In this document: in pieces, positions 36,316 to 48,384 of the stretch
How the letters are laid out: each line of letters opens with the position of its first letter
Numbering within the stretch: the first letter of the stretch is position 1
Made by a program: the position numbers and the translations under genes
Notes under the pieces: generated by a model
The model's database searches: none
Told to the model about the DNA's origin: nothing
What the model saw: only the letters and a program-made list of their open reading frames with translations
Assembly (NCBI GenBank): GCA_963817955.1
Contig: CAWFQK010000002.1
Span: 384,001 to 448,000 of the forward strand
Direction of reading: 5' to 3'
Length of the DNA stretch: 64,000 bases
DNA from: an uncultured Gemmatimonadaceae bacterium
GTDB taxonomy: Bacteria; Gemmatimonadota; Gemmatimonadetes; Gemmatimonadales; Gemmatimonadaceae

Positions 36316-37719
36316 CTATACAGATCTGCGCTTCCAGCGGCCGCTGCGCCAGATCAGCGCCATCGAGACCCCGCGTCCGATAGCAGTCAACGAGATCACC
36401 CACCAGATCCCGGCGCTTCCCCATCGATTAGCCGCCCAGCCTGCGAGCGGAATGCGCGACGCCGTGAGCGCCGTGGACGTCAACATGGGTGGCACCGTGT
36501 CCCCCGCCCCGCCGAGCGCGCCCTCGAGCACAATCTCGGCGCACACAGCAAGCTGTGAGATCGACACGATGCGCAGGTACTTGACCGATTCGGCAATCAC
36601 CGCCGGGTCGTTCGTGAACAACGAAGCGAATTGGCGGGGCATGATGAGCTCGAGCGTACACGCGACCACGCCAAGCAACGTGCAGAATCCAGTCGCCATC
36701 CATGCGGCGCGATTGGCGCGATCGGGCCGGCCCGCGCCGAGGTTCTGCCCCACAATGGCTGCGGTCGCCGCGCCGAATCCAACGCCGATCATGAACAACC
36801 AGCTTTCCACACGGTGGCCAATCCCCAACGCGGCCAGCGCCGGCGTGCCAAAGCGTGTCGTCGTGCGTGTGAGCACGATGTAAATGAAACTGAACATGAC
36901 CCCGGTAACCGCCGTCGGCAGTCCAATGCGACAAACCGACCAGAGGGCGTGCAGTCGAACTCGCCCAATTCGGAGCAGTCCACGTCGTGACGCGATGATG
37001 ACGCCCATGACGAATGCTGTTCCCCGCGTCGCGATCGTTGCGATCGCTGCTCCCGCGACGCCGAGCGCCGGAAAGGGCCCCCAGCCGAGCATCAGCGCCG
37101 GATCGAGCACGAGCGTCACCGCGACCGACGCGAGCAGCAGTACGAACGGCGTTCGCGTGTCGCCCGAGGCTCGGAACGACGCGTCCACGACGAAGAATCC
37201 GTAGATCAGCGGAGTACCGAGCAGATAGGTCCGCAGGTATGTGGTGCCGAGCGCGGTGACATCGGCCGGCGCATGCATGACGGCAAAGAGCCGGTGGAGC
37301 TCATGCGTGCCAGCGAGACCGACCATCGCGCCAAGCAGCACGCCAAAAACGAGCGTGTCGCCGGCGAGACGCGATGCCTCGGCCGCGCGGCGCTCACCGT
37401 GCCGGCGCGCCGCCACCGCCGTGAGCCCCACGCCGATCATCTCGGCAAGCGAGATGATCATCCAGATCCAGAAGAGCGAAATCGAGACAGCGGCAAGGCC
37501 CGCAGCGCCGATGCGCGTGCCTACCCAGAATGCGTCCACCGACGAGAAGATCGTCATCAGAAGCGATGACGCCACAGCAGGCAGAGCGACGCGCAGGATC
37601 GTGGCGCGGAGTGAATCGGAGACGAGATGAGTCGCCTCCCACTCGCCCGTGATGGCGACCGGCGCGATGCCTTCGTGCGGCTCGACCGGAAACGACGCGC
37701 TCGACGCCGGATCGCGCAT
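36316..37719 (-). CDS. MATE family efflux transporter
   Basis: GDTRTP, LDPAL, GVAGAAIAT, GQNLGAG; ~12 TM. Confidence 0.93.
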   Translation of the reverse strand: MRDPASSASFPVEPHEGIAPVAITGEWEATHLVSDSLRATILRVALPAVASSLLMTIFSSVDAFWVGTRIGAAGLAAVSISLFWIWMIISLAEMIGVGLTAVAARRHGERRAAEASRLAGDTLVFGVLLGAMVGLAGTHELHRLFAVMHAPADVTALGTTYLRTYLLGTPLIYGFFVVDASFRASGDTRTPFVLLLASVAVTLVLDPALMLGWGPFPALGVAGAAIATIATRGTAFVMGVIIASRRGLLRIGRVRLHALWSVCRIGLPTAVTGVMFSFIYIVLTRTTTRFGTPALAALGIGHRVESWLFMIGVGFGAATAAIVGQNLGAGRPDRANRAAWMATGFCTLLGVVACTLELIMPRQFASLFTNDPAVIAESVKYLRIVSISQLAVCAEIVLEGALGGAGDTVPPMLTSTALTASRIPLAGWAANRWGSAGIWWVISLTAIGRGVSMALIWRSGRWKRRSV

Positions 37720-37730
37720 CGGCGTACGGA

Positions 37731-38591
37731 TCAGTGGTTTGCCACCGCCCCCAATTGATCGCCAATGCGTTGCGCGATCGCCGTGAGCGCGCGCGCCGCC
37801 GAAGACTCGGGATCGGCAATCACGATCGGCGTACCTTCGTCGCCACCCTGCATGACGCGCGGGTAGAGCGGAATCTGTCCGAGCAGCGGCAGGCCAACTT
37901 CCATGGCCAAACGCTCTCCGCCGCCGCTACCGAAAATCGGGGACGGTTTGCCGCAGTGTGGACATTCGAGCCAGCTCATGTTCTCGACGATACCCAACAC
38001 CGGCACGTTGACGCGCTCGAACATTCTGACCCCGCGCAGCGCGTCGCCCACAGAGACTTCCTGCGGTGTCGTCACGATGATGGCGCCAGCGAGTTGTGCG
38101 GCTTGCACGAGCGAGAGCTGTGCGTCGCCCGTGCCGGGCGGCATGTCGACGATGAAATAATCCAGCTCTCCCCATGCAACGTCGCGCAGGAACTGACCCA
38201 GAATCTTCATGACGATCGGTCCTCGCCAGATCGCCGGCTGATCGCGATCGATCAGCACGCCGATGCTGATCAGCTTCACGCCGTGTGCTTCGAGCGGCAC
38301 AATGCGGTCGTTGATCACCATGGGTGGTTCGTTGATGCCCATCATCCGCGGCAGATTGGGACCGTAGATGTCGGCATCCATCAAACCGACGCGCGCGCCC
38401 TGCTTTGCCAGCGCGACCGCGATGTTCACAGCAATGGTCGACTTGCCGACGCCGCCCTTGCCGCTCGACACCGCAATGATGCGGCCGAGATTCGGCATGG
38501 CGACAGGCGTGGGCGCGGGAACGGTTTTCGGGGCTGCCGCCGGCTGCATGACCGGCAGCACGCGGCCCGACGGATTCTTGTTGCTTTCCAT
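37731..38591 (-). CDS. mrp: Mrp/NBP35 (ApbC) Fe-S cluster carrier ATPase
   Basis: GKGGVGKST, DADIYGP, WRGP, DMPPGTGD, ENMS...CPHC. Confidence 0.95.
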   Translation of the reverse strand: MESNKNPSGRVLPVMQPAAAPKTVPAPTPVAMPNLGRIIAVSSGKGGVGKSTIAVNIAVALAKQGARVGLMDADIYGPNLPRMMGINEPPMVINDRIVPLEAHGVKLISIGVLIDRDQPAIWRGPIVMKILGQFLRDVAWGELDYFIVDMPPGTGDAQLSLVQAAQLAGAIIVTTPQEVSVGDALRGVRMFERVNVPVLGIVENMSWLECPHCGKPSPIFGSGGGERLAMEVGLPLLGQIPLYPRVMQGGDEGTPIVIADPESSAARALTAIAQRIGDQLGAVANH

Positions 38592-38610
38592 ATGTATGAT
38601 CCTCGCCCAG

Positions 38611-39648
38611 TCAGCGAAATGCGCGACGGGGCGCTTGAGTCGAGAGAAATTGTCGCGCGGCGTCAATCGTGCGCTCGCGGACGTTGTCCAGTGAACCGAC
38701 GATCAAGGCGCCGGCGGCTTTCGCGTGGCCGCCGCCGCCGAACTGCCTGGCAAATGCATTCACGTCCACATCGCCCGTGCTGCGGAAAGACACCTTCACC
38801 TTTCCGTATCCGAGATCGCGGAAGAAGAGCGCCATGCGTGTGCCGACGATGGACCGCGCATGCTCGACGATGCCGTCGAGGTCTTCCGGGCGGACATGAT
38901 ATTTCTCTAAGTCGCCCGCGCCGAGCGACAACCACGCCAGGCCGTTCGGCTCGTCGGTTCCGAGCGTCGCCAGCACGTCGGCGAGCAGCCGGACGCGTCC
39001 CGCGGGCGCCGACGCGTAGATGCGGACATACATCTCCTCCGGGTCGACGCCGGCGGCGAGCAACGCGGCGGCCATGCCATGGCATCGGGGGGACGTGTTG
39101 CTATAGCGGAAGCTGCCGGTATCTGTGAGAATCGCCGCGTACAGCGCCCGCGCGATCTCCGGCGTGAGGTCAAAGCCGAGCGTGCTGGCGAGATCATAAA
39201 CCAGCTCGCCGGTCGCACACGCGGTCACGTCGGTGAGAATGATGTTCCCCGCCGGGTCGTCCGACGCGATGTGGTGGTCGATCACCAGCTTCGGCACGTC
39301 CAGGGCCCGCACGGTTTCCGCCAACCCCCCCAAGCGCCTCACATCGCTGATGTCCAGCACGATCAGCATATCGATGCCTTTCAGCGCGGCGGCACCCTTC
39401 GGCGTGAGGTTCTTCACCCCATCGCCAAGCAAGAAGTTGAACAGGTCGGGCCAGGGCGTCGGGTTCACGATCCGAACGTCCAGGCCCCGCTGCGCCAGCA
39501 TGTGCGCCACGGCGACTTCCGACCCGCATCCGTCGCCATCCGCGTTCATGTGCGTCGACAGCGCCACACGGCGGCCCGGCACCAACTCTCGATCGAGCTG
39601 TTGGATGGCTGCGCGCCGCGGCTCTGGAATAGCGAGGTAGTCGGGCAC
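38611..39648 (-). CDS. nrnA: DHH/DHHA1 bifunctional oligoribonuclease/PAP phosphatase
   Basis: HMNADGD, IDHH, TDTGSF, GGGGHAKAAG; GTG start inferred. Confidence 0.9.
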   Translation of the reverse strand: MPDYLAIPEPRRAAIQQLDRELVPGRRVALSTHMNADGDGCGSEVAVAHMLAQRGLDVRIVNPTPWPDLFNFLLGDGVKNLTPKGAAALKGIDMLIVLDISDVRRLGGLAETVRALDVPKLVIDHHIASDDPAGNIILTDVTACATGELVYDLASTLGFDLTPEIARALYAAILTDTGSFRYSNTSPRCHGMAAALLAAGVDPEEMYVRIYASAPAGRVRLLADVLATLGTDEPNGLAWLSLGAGDLEKYHVRPEDLDGIVEHARSIVGTRMALFFRDLGYGKVKVSFRSTGDVDVNAFARQFGGGGHAKAAGALIVGSLDNVRERTIDAARQFLSTQAPRRAFR

Positions 39649-39691
39649 TGTGAGCTCGTGTCTCGTTGCTGGATGCTGAGTGTTGGGCCAC

Positions 39692-39727
39692 AAAAGGAAA
39701 CGGCGCCCGGAACCCGGACGCCGTCTC
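39692..39727 (-). terminator. Intrinsic terminator after the amino acid permease
   Basis: Minus strand GAGACGGCGTCCGG-GTT-CCGGGCGCCGTTTC followed by CTTTT. Confidence 0.7.
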
Positions 39728-39747
39728 AAAGATAACTGCCGCTGGAC

Positions 39748-41223
39748 TCAGTCGCCTGCCAGCGACGCGTCGGCGCCGATGCGCGAATGGCGCAGGCCGT
39801 AGGTGAAGTAGATCACCAGGCCGAGAGCCATCCAGACGAGGAGCCGAGTCCATGTGTCGCTCGGCAGACCGTACATCATGTACCCGCAGATGAGGATGCC
39901 GAGGATCGGCACGACCGGTACGAGTGGCGTACGGAACGGGCGCGGGATGTTCGGCCGAGCGTAGCGCAACGCCATCACACCGAAGCACACGATGACGAAC
40001 GCCAGCAACGTTCCAATCGACACCAGCTCGCCAAGCAACGCGATCGGGAAGAACCCGGCCACGATCGCGGCCACGATTCCCGTGACGATCGTCGTCACGT
40101 AGGGCGTCTGGAACTTGGGGTGAATCTTGCCGAACACCGCCGGCAGGAGACCGTCGCGACTCATGGAGAAGAAGATGCGCGGCTGGCCCATGAGCATCAC
40201 GAGCACCACGGATGCCAGACCAAGGATGGCGCCGATGTTGATGAAGTACGTCAGCCACTTGAGCGCCGGGCCGGCCGCGTTGATCGCCACGAACACCGGA
40301 TGTGGAACGTTCAGGTTCTGGTACTTCGTCAGCCCCGTCATCACCAGCGCCATCAGGATGTAGAGTACCGTACAGATGGCGAGCGAGGCGAGAATGCCGA
40401 TCGGCATGTCGCGCTGGGGATTCTTCGCTTCCTGTGCCGCCGTCGACACGGCGTCGAATCCTATATAGGCGAAGAAGACGACCCCCGCGCCTCGCACGAT
40501 GCCGCTCCAGCCGAAGTGGCCGAACTCCCCGGTAGGATTCTCCGGGATGAACGGATGCCAGTTCGCCGTGTTCACGTACATGAAGCCGAAGCCGATGACC
40601 AGAATGACGATCGCCAGCTTGATGAACACGATGACGTTGTTGAAGTTCGCCGACTCCTTGATGCCGATCACGAGCAACGCGGTCATCAACAGCACGAGCA
40701 CGATGGCCGGCAGGTTGATGATGCCGCCTGGATTCCGCACCAACGTGTGCGTCCCGACCACGTTCAGCGGCGCCTGGGTGAAGGCATCCGGCAGATTGAA
40801 CCCGAGCTCCTTGATGAACGCCACGAAGTAGCCCGACCAACCCACGGCCACCGTCGCGGCGCCGAACAGATACTCGAGAATGAGATCCCAGCCGATGATC
40901 CAGGCGACGAGCTCACCGAGCGTGGCGTATCCATACGTGTACGCGCTGCCGGCGATTGGAATCATCGCCGCGAACTCCGCGTAACACAGGCCGGCGAACA
41001 GACAGCCGAACCCCGCGAGAATGAAGGAGAGAACGATGGCCGGTCCGGCATACTGTGCCGCGGCGGTACCAGTGAGGACGAAGATACCGGCGCCGATGAT
41101 GGCCCCGATACCGAGCATCGTGAGATTCAGCGCTCCGAGCGCTCGCCGAAGCGTGACTTCCTGCCCCTCGGCCGCGGCCTCTGCTTGCAGCAGCGCGATA
41201 CTCTTCTTGGACCACAAACCCAT
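39748..41223 (-). CDS. APC-family amino acid permease
   Basis: GAIIGAGIF, CYAEFA, GSAY, FAYIGFD, SRDGLLP. Confidence 0.95.
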   Translation of the reverse strand: MGLWSKKSIALLQAEAAAEGQEVTLRRALGALNLTMLGIGAIIGAGIFVLTGTAAAQYAGPAIVLSFILAGFGCLFAGLCYAEFAAMIPIAGSAYTYGYATLGELVAWIIGWDLILEYLFGAATVAVGWSGYFVAFIKELGFNLPDAFTQAPLNVVGTHTLVRNPGGIINLPAIVLVLLMTALLVIGIKESANFNNVIVFIKLAIVILVIGFGFMYVNTANWHPFIPENPTGEFGHFGWSGIVRGAGVVFFAYIGFDAVSTAAQEAKNPQRDMPIGILASLAICTVLYILMALVMTGLTKYQNLNVPHPVFVAINAAGPALKWLTYFINIGAILGLASVVLVMLMGQPRIFFSMSRDGLLPAVFGKIHPKFQTPYVTTIVTGIVAAIVAGFFPIALLGELVSIGTLLAFVIVCFGVMALRYARPNIPRPFRTPLVPVVPILGILICGYMMYGLPSDTWTRLLVWMALGLVIYFTYGLRHSRIGADASLAGD

Positions 41224-41440
41224 AACAGGAATCTCCTGGGGTCGGACGTAAGAGACGGCGCCACATGGCGCGCCGCCGTGCGGCGGGATGACCTACAGCT
41301 GCCGGCGACCGGCGAGCAACACGGCCGCGCGTCCTACTGTATACACAATGCGGGGCGGAAGTTGGAACTCGACGGCACTGATGTCAAGGAACTCCGCCCC
41401 GCCTGACACACCTCTAACGTTGTCAGACCGATTTGCGTTG

Positions 41441-43042
<1,602 letters not shown>

Positions 43043-43498
43043 TCACGCCTTGCCAATCACTCTCAGCCGGCGGCGGATTCGCTTTGGAAGGAAGAATGCG
43101 GCGGCAGACAGCGCGGCGCGCAGATTGAGATCCGCGAGATCGGCCGGGTTCCCCGACCAGTGATCGAGCAGCACCGCGCGTCCCGCATTCGAAACAAGGC
43201 GTTGAAGCGCGAGGACCAGGATGAAGAGGTCATCTATCTCGCCGAAGAACGGAATGAAGTCGGGAATGAGATCGAGCGGCATCACGATGTACGCGATCGC
43301 GGCAAGCACAATGAGCTTGTCTGCCAACGCGACACGCCGGTCGGTCACCAGGCCGCCGAGGAGTCGCACGTATTGCGGTAAATGGCGAACGTAGTAGACC
43401 ACCGTGCGCCGTGCGCCGGTCCGCGGCGCTCCAATGGCGGGGCTGTCAGCGTCCACACGGGGACGCCGTGCGGCCCCGGCGCGGGAGCGGGCCTCCAT
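43043..43498 (-). CDS. YkvA/DUF1232 family membrane protein
   Basis: YIVMPLDLIPDFIPFFGEIDD. Confidence 0.88.
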   Translation of the reverse strand: MEARSRAGAARRPRVDADSPAIGAPRTGARRTVVYYVRHLPQYVRLLGGLVTDRRVALADKLIVLAAIAYIVMPLDLIPDFIPFFGEIDDLFILVLALQRLVSNAGRAVLLDHWSGNPADLADLNLRAALSAAAFFLPKRIRRRLRVIGKA

Positions 43499-43917
43499 CA
43501 GAGGGTTTCCCCCGGCGCGCCGGGTTCCTTTGTTTCGTGCGCCGGTGACGAAGCGTTCTCTGACGTGGACGCCGGTGGGCCAGGCGTGGGCGGTGGCGGA
43601 GCACCGGTGGACGAGGCGCGCGCTGTATTCACGAGATCGCTCGCCATACTCTTGCCCGTCTCTACCGCGTTGTTCAGCACGTTGGCTGCGCGATTCATGA
43701 AGCTCATCGTTTCGGCGATCGCGTTCGCCGACACCTTGCCGGCACGTAGCTTGTCCTCGATCGCTTCCGTGAACTTCGTGAACGTCGTCGCGCTCGGCGA
43801 CGGACGCTCGGCGTACCGCGACTCCAGGAATTCCACGTAGTCGAGCACCTGATATCCGCGCTCGTCCGACAGTGTCTCCAACTTCCGGAGGATCCGGTCG
43901 CGCAGGTGCTCGTTCAT
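43498..43917 (-). CDS. Hypothetical protein
   Basis: ATG 43917 with GGGAG RBS; QVLDYVEFL; Pro-rich tail; abuts next gene. Confidence 0.7.
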   Translation of the reverse strand: MNEHLRDRILRKLETLSDERGYQVLDYVEFLESRYAERPSPSATTFTKFTEAIEDKLRAGKVSANAIAETMSFMNRAANVLNNAVETGKSMASDLVNTARASSTGAPPPPTPGPPASTSENASSPAHETKEPGAPGETL

Positions 43918-43939
43918 CGTGTGCTCCCTGAGTCCGAAG

Positions 43940-44959
43940 TCAGCCCTTCCAGCGCGAGCGTGTGCCGCGCGCATCGATGTGCACGTACGGCGTACGGTAG
44001 CGGCGGCTGGTGTAGAGCCCAAGCCCTCCCACGAGCTCCGGATGCTCCTGCTCCACCTGATCCACCGCCCGCGCGACGATCATCTCGTCGACGCGCGTCA
44101 CGCGGCCATCGCCATTTGCGTCAATCGCCACATCTGCCGCGTCGCCATATTGATGCCGGCTGTCACGAGCAGCCCGCCAGACGCCGCCGTTGTGCGCCGG
44201 CGTCCGGAAACCGCTGTGCACGTCAAATGCCAGCTCCGGCGGTGGCTCGTCGGCCGGCGAGAAACGCGCTCGCGAGCCGACTTTGGCAAGCACGAGTTCG
44301 AGCTTGTCGAGGATGCGCGGATTCAGCGCGACGTACTTCGGCCACACGTTCGCCTGGGCATCGTGCGTGAGGAAATCGCTGAGCAGAAGGTGCGTGCTCA
44401 CCTTGAGGCCGAGGTCCGCTTGGCGCACCTGGAGAAACCCCGCGGGGTGATCGTGCTGTCGAAGCCGCTCGGCGATGTATGTCCCAATTCGATAGCCGTT
44501 CAGCGTCGAGCCAACCTTCTGGGCGAATGGCACCATGACGGCGAGCGCCGGGTCCGAGATGATCTCGCGCTCCGCGCCGCGCAGGATAGCCAGGTGATAG
44601 AACCCTGGATGCGACGGAGCGACGAAATCGGAGCCATTCAATAGGCGCGGCGGCTCGGCGGCCACTGAATCAGAGGATGCCACCCATTGGTACGTGAGCG
44701 ATGACGGATCGCCACTCACCTCGAGCGGGAATACGATGTCGGCCCCAGGCAGCGCGAAGCGAAGACGGACCGCGTGGCTCGCGCCAAACGCATCCAGCGA
44801 CGGCCCGGCGCTCACCCGATGGCTGATCACCGCCAAAAAGGGCTTGGTGGGCGCAGACGCTGCCGGCTTCGCGAACTGCAGCACGGCGATCGCCGCGACA
44901 ACGAAGATGGCGAGCGCGCCCCACGTGGCTGAGCCAGCGGACCGGTGGTTGGAATCCAT
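43940..44959 (-). CDS. Peptidase M15/YcbK-like exported metallopeptidase
   Basis: SGFRTPAHN, SRHQYGDAAD, VHIDARG. Confidence 0.85.
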   Translation of the reverse strand: MDSNHRSAGSATWGALAIFVVAAIAVLQFAKPAASAPTKPFLAVISHRVSAGPSLDAFGASHAVRLRFALPGADIVFPLEVSGDPSSLTYQWVASSDSVAAEPPRLLNGSDFVAPSHPGFYHLAILRGAEREIISDPALAVMVPFAQKVGSTLNGYRIGTYIAERLRQHDHPAGFLQVRQADLGLKVSTHLLLSDFLTHDAQANVWPKYVALNPRILDKLELVLAKVGSRARFSPADEPPPELAFDVHSGFRTPAHNGGVWRAARDSRHQYGDAADVAIDANGDGRVTRVDEMIVARAVDQVEQEHPELVGGLGLYTSRRYRTPYVHIDARGTRSRWKG

Positions 44960-45130
44960 ACGGCAGCGTCCAACGAGAAGAAATCGCGCAACGACAACGC
45001 GGCGCGTATAGCGATGATAGCCGTTGGTTGACGAATCTCAAACCCTTTGGGCAACATAGGTTTGCACGATTGTTTAGATTATCGCTCCGCCTGCTGTGTG
45101 CCTAGGTTCCGTCTCGCCCAAATTCCGAAC

Positions 45131-46672
45131 GTGCCTAAAAGTCCTATCGTCTTGGTCGTGCTGGACGGCTGGGGATACCGTCCCGAGCGCGAGGGAAACG
45201 CCATCGCGCTCGCTCATACACCCACATGGGATGCGCTCGTCGCCGGCCACCCCGGGACACTGCTCAACGCATCGGGCTTGGCCGTCGGGCTTCCCGAAGG
45301 GCAGATGGGCAATAGCGAGGTCGGCCACCTCAACCTCGGCGCTGGCCGAGTGGTGATGCAGGACCTGGTTCGCATCAGTGAGTCGATTCGCGATCGATCG
45401 TTCTTCGACAACCCCGCCTTTCTGCAAGCGTGCAACGCGGCGAAGAAGAGCGGTGGCACGGTCCACCTGATCGGGCTCCTGGGCAACGGCGGCGTGCATG
45501 CCATCGACAAACATCTGTTCGCGCTCATAGACCTGTGTGCACAGCACGGCGTGCCCCGCGTCGCCATTCACGCGCTACTCGATGGGCGCGACACCATGCC
45601 GCGCTCATCGCTCGGCTACATGCGGCAGGCGATCGAGTACGCCAACGGACGCGCGGTGATCGCGAGCCTGGGCGGACGGTACTTTGGCATGGACCGCGAC
45701 AAGCGGTGGGATCGGACGGAAAAGTGGTATCGCGTTGCGGTGGATGGCGTCGGACCTGAAGGCACCGACCCGCTTCAGGTGATTCAGGATGCGTACAATC
45801 GAAACGAGACCGACGAATTCGTCACGCCAACGGTGATCGTGCGCGACGGCCAGCCCGTGGCGCCCATGCGTGATGGCGACGCCGTGATCATGTTCAACTA
45901 TCGCGCCGATCGGATGCGGCAGCCCCTCGCCGCACTCACGCAGCCCGATTTCGATGGGTTCGACGTCTCCAGTCGGCCAAAGTTGACGGTCGTGACGATG
46001 ACCCACTATGACCGCAGGATCAGCGTTCCGGCCGCGTTTCCGCCGCAGTCAATGGCGAACATCGTAGGCGAAGTGGTGTCAAAGGCTGGCATGTACATGT
46101 TCCGCACTGCTGAGACGGAGAAATACGCGCACGTCACGTACTTCTTCAACGGCGGCGTCGAGACGCCGTTCCCGCACGAGGATCGGCTGTTGGTGCCGAG
46201 CCAGAAGGTGGCGACCTACGATCTGATGCCAGAGATGAGTGCGCCCGGCGTGACTGACGTGTTGTGCGACGCCATTGAGAAGCGCGAGCACGATTTCATT
46301 CTCTGCAACTACGCCAACAGCGACATGGTAGGCCACACCGGGTCGATTCCCGCCACGATCACCGCGGTCGAGACCGTGGACCAATGCCTGGCGCGCGTGA
46401 TGAAGACGGCCGAGCGAATTGGCGCGCGTCTGCTGATCACGGCGGATCATGGCAATTGTGAGATGATGATCGACCCCGAAACGGGTGGGCCACATACGGC
46501 GCACACAACCAACCCGGTGCCATTCATCATCGTCGATCCGACTGGCGAGAAGCCGTTACGTTCCGGTGGAGCGTTGTGCGACGTTGGCCCCACGCTGCTG
46601 ACAATGCTCGGTGTCGAGCAACCCCCCGAGATGACCGGGGTAGACCTGCGATTTACAGGAGAATGCGTGTGA
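45131..46672 (+). CDS. gpmI: 2,3-bisphosphoglycerate-independent phosphoglycerate mutase
   Basis: LDGWG, GQMGNSEVGH, DGRD, AETEKYAHVT, DMVGHTG, TADHGN. Confidence 0.98.
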   Translation: MPKSPIVLVVLDGWGYRPEREGNAIALAHTPTWDALVAGHPGTLLNASGLAVGLPEGQMGNSEVGHLNLGAGRVVMQDLVRISESIRDRSFFDNPAFLQACNAAKKSGGTVHLIGLLGNGGVHAIDKHLFALIDLCAQHGVPRVAIHALLDGRDTMPRSSLGYMRQAIEYANGRAVIASLGGRYFGMDRDKRWDRTEKWYRVAVDGVGPEGTDPLQVIQDAYNRNETDEFVTPTVIVRDGQPVAPMRDGDAVIMFNYRADRMRQPLAALTQPDFDGFDVSSRPKLTVVTMTHYDRRISVPAAFPPQSMANIVGEVVSKAGMYMFRTAETEKYAHVTYFFNGGVETPFPHEDRLLVPSQKVATYDLMPEMSAPGVTDVLCDAIEKREHDFILCNYANSDMVGHTGSIPATITAVETVDQCLARVMKTAERIGARLLITADHGNCEMMIDPETGGPHTAHTTNPVPFIIVDPTGEKPLRSGGALCDVGPTLLTMLGVEQPPEMTGVDLRFTGECV

Positions 46673-47361
46673 AGAAATCGGTCGCGCCGATCGTTTCGGG
46701 ACTGCTGTTGCTAGGTGCGGTCGCCGCGCATGGGCAGGTTGGATACCTGCCAGCAAAGAGTCCGTACCTCGATCTCGAGCACGCACAGGAGATCACGCTG
46801 ATCGTGGGGCAGTTCCATGCGTCCCGCGATCCGGTGGACGTCGGGCCACAGAGCGGAGCACTGGTCGGAGCACATTACGAATGGCGCGCCGGCGGCCCGG
46901 CGCATCTGATCGCCGAGGTGGCGCGCATCTCGTCGAACCGCGACATCATCGATCCGTTCAAGGTTGGCGCGGCGCGCGACCTCGGCGTCACGAGTCGCCC
47001 GTTGTACAGCGCGGATGCTCAGCTTGGATTGAGTCTGACTGGCGGAAAGAGCTGGCACCATATCGTTCCGGAAGTCGCGGGCGGCGCGGGCCTCGTGTCC
47101 GATCTGCGTACGCAGCCCGATTCTGGCGGGTTCAAGTTCGGCACCCGGTTTGCACTCACGTGGGGCGGCGGAGTCCGCATTGTTCCGGGCGGGCACTGGC
47201 AAGTCCGCGCCGACATAAAGGACCGCATGTACACGATCGGGTATCCGGAAGCGTACTACGTCGCGCCAATAGGCGGCACAGCGGTGTTGACGTCGGCACA
47301 GGCGAAGTCGTTCTGGACGAACAATCCAGCTTTCACCCTCGGGCTGTCGTACCTGTTCTAG
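46669..47361 (+). CDS. Hypothetical outer-membrane beta-barrel protein
   Basis: Signal peptide, GTGA overlap, C-terminal FTLGLSYLF. Confidence 0.65.
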   Translation: MKKSVAPIVSGLLLLGAVAAHGQVGYLPAKSPYLDLEHAQEITLIVGQFHASRDPVDVGPQSGALVGAHYEWRAGGPAHLIAEVARISSNRDIIDPFKVGAARDLGVTSRPLYSADAQLGLSLTGGKSWHHIVPEVAGGAGLVSDLRTQPDSGGFKFGTRFALTWGGGVRIVPGGHWQVRADIKDRMYTIGYPEAYYVAPIGGTAVLTSAQAKSFWTNNPAFTLGLSYLF

Positions 47362-47417
47362 CGGCGCTAGCGGCGCGCCGCCGGCGTCGAGGGACACCGT
47401 CTTCCACGGGTGAGCCC

Positions 47418-47918
47418 ATGGCGCGCGATTTTGAAGACCTGAACGACCTCGACGACTTGAGCGACGACGAGCTTCGCGGCTTGGTACGCAACCATCTCGC
47501 GGCACACAACGCGCTCGACATCGACGATCTCACGGTCGAGGTCCGGGAGGGCGAGGTGATTCTCTCTGGCCGGGTCGGTACGGATGGCGAGCGACTGATT
47601 GCCGAGCACGTGGTCACCGACCTCGTCGGCGCTCCGTGTCGCAATGACATCTTCGTCGATCCGACCCGTCGCGCGCAGAGTCCCGACGCCGCAGACGAGG
47701 CCATCGTGGACGAAGCCCAGCGCGAGGGGCTGGCACTGGGCGACAAGCCGGTGCCGTTGAGCCCGGAGGCGGAGCAACGCGCCGACGATCTCGACGCGGA
47801 GTTGTACGGGACCACCGACCTTGGGGATGCGATGGAGAAAGGCACGGGGTGGATTCCACCGGAGAGTCCGACACAGGAAGGCTTTACCGGACGCAACGAG
47901 TTCGGGGAAGATCATTAG
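47418..47918 (+). CDS. Acidic BON-domain protein
   Basis: DDELRGLV...LTVEVREGEVILSGRV. Confidence 0.75.
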   Translation: MARDFEDLNDLDDLSDDELRGLVRNHLAAHNALDIDDLTVEVREGEVILSGRVGTDGERLIAEHVVTDLVGAPCRNDIFVDPTRRAQSPDAADEAIVDEAQREGLALGDKPVPLSPEAEQRADDLDAELYGTTDLGDAMEKGTGWIPPESPTQEGFTGRNEFGEDH

Positions 47919-47922
47919 CGGC

Positions 47923-48360
47923 ATGCCCTTCTTTCTCACCCGTCGCGTGACGTTCGCCGCTTCGCACCGGTACAGGCGACCGGACTGGTCGGATGAGCGC
48001 AACGCGCGGGTGTTCGGCGCGTGTGAGACGGTGCATGGTCACGACTACGTCTGCGACGTCACAGTTCGTGGGGATGTCGATCCGGAAACGGGAATGATCG
48101 TCGACCTGGGCCTCATGGACCGCGTGCTGGCGACGGAAGTCCACGATCGGTTCGATAAGAAGAACATCAATCAGGACGTGCCCGAATTTGCCGACGGCGA
48201 GCGGATTCCAACGGGCGAAGAGTTGGCACGTTTCGTTTGCGAGCGTGTTCAGCAGGGTCTGGGCAACGCCGCGCGCGTGGTCGAAGTGGTCGTCGCGGAA
48301 GATGCAACGCTGAGCGCCAGATACCGGCCCATGGAACCGGCACATTCAGAATTCTCGTGA
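47923..48360 (+). CDS. queD: 6-carboxytetrahydropterin synthase (PTPS family)
   Basis: FAASH, CETVHGHDY, GMIVD, PTGEELA. Confidence 0.85.
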   Translation: MPFFLTRRVTFAASHRYRRPDWSDERNARVFGACETVHGHDYVCDVTVRGDVDPETGMIVDLGLMDRVLATEVHDRFDKKNINQDVPEFADGERIPTGEELARFVCERVQQGLGNAARVVEVVVAEDATLSARYRPMEPAHSEFS

Positions 48361-48384
48361 CCTCTGGGCCTGCTCACTCTTCCT

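Noticed and set aside
39194..41406. Long alternative ORFs (548 aa and 539 aa), and similar ones across the window
   Set aside because: Arg/Ala-rich off-frame or antisense ORFs expected in high-GC DNA over clear genes.
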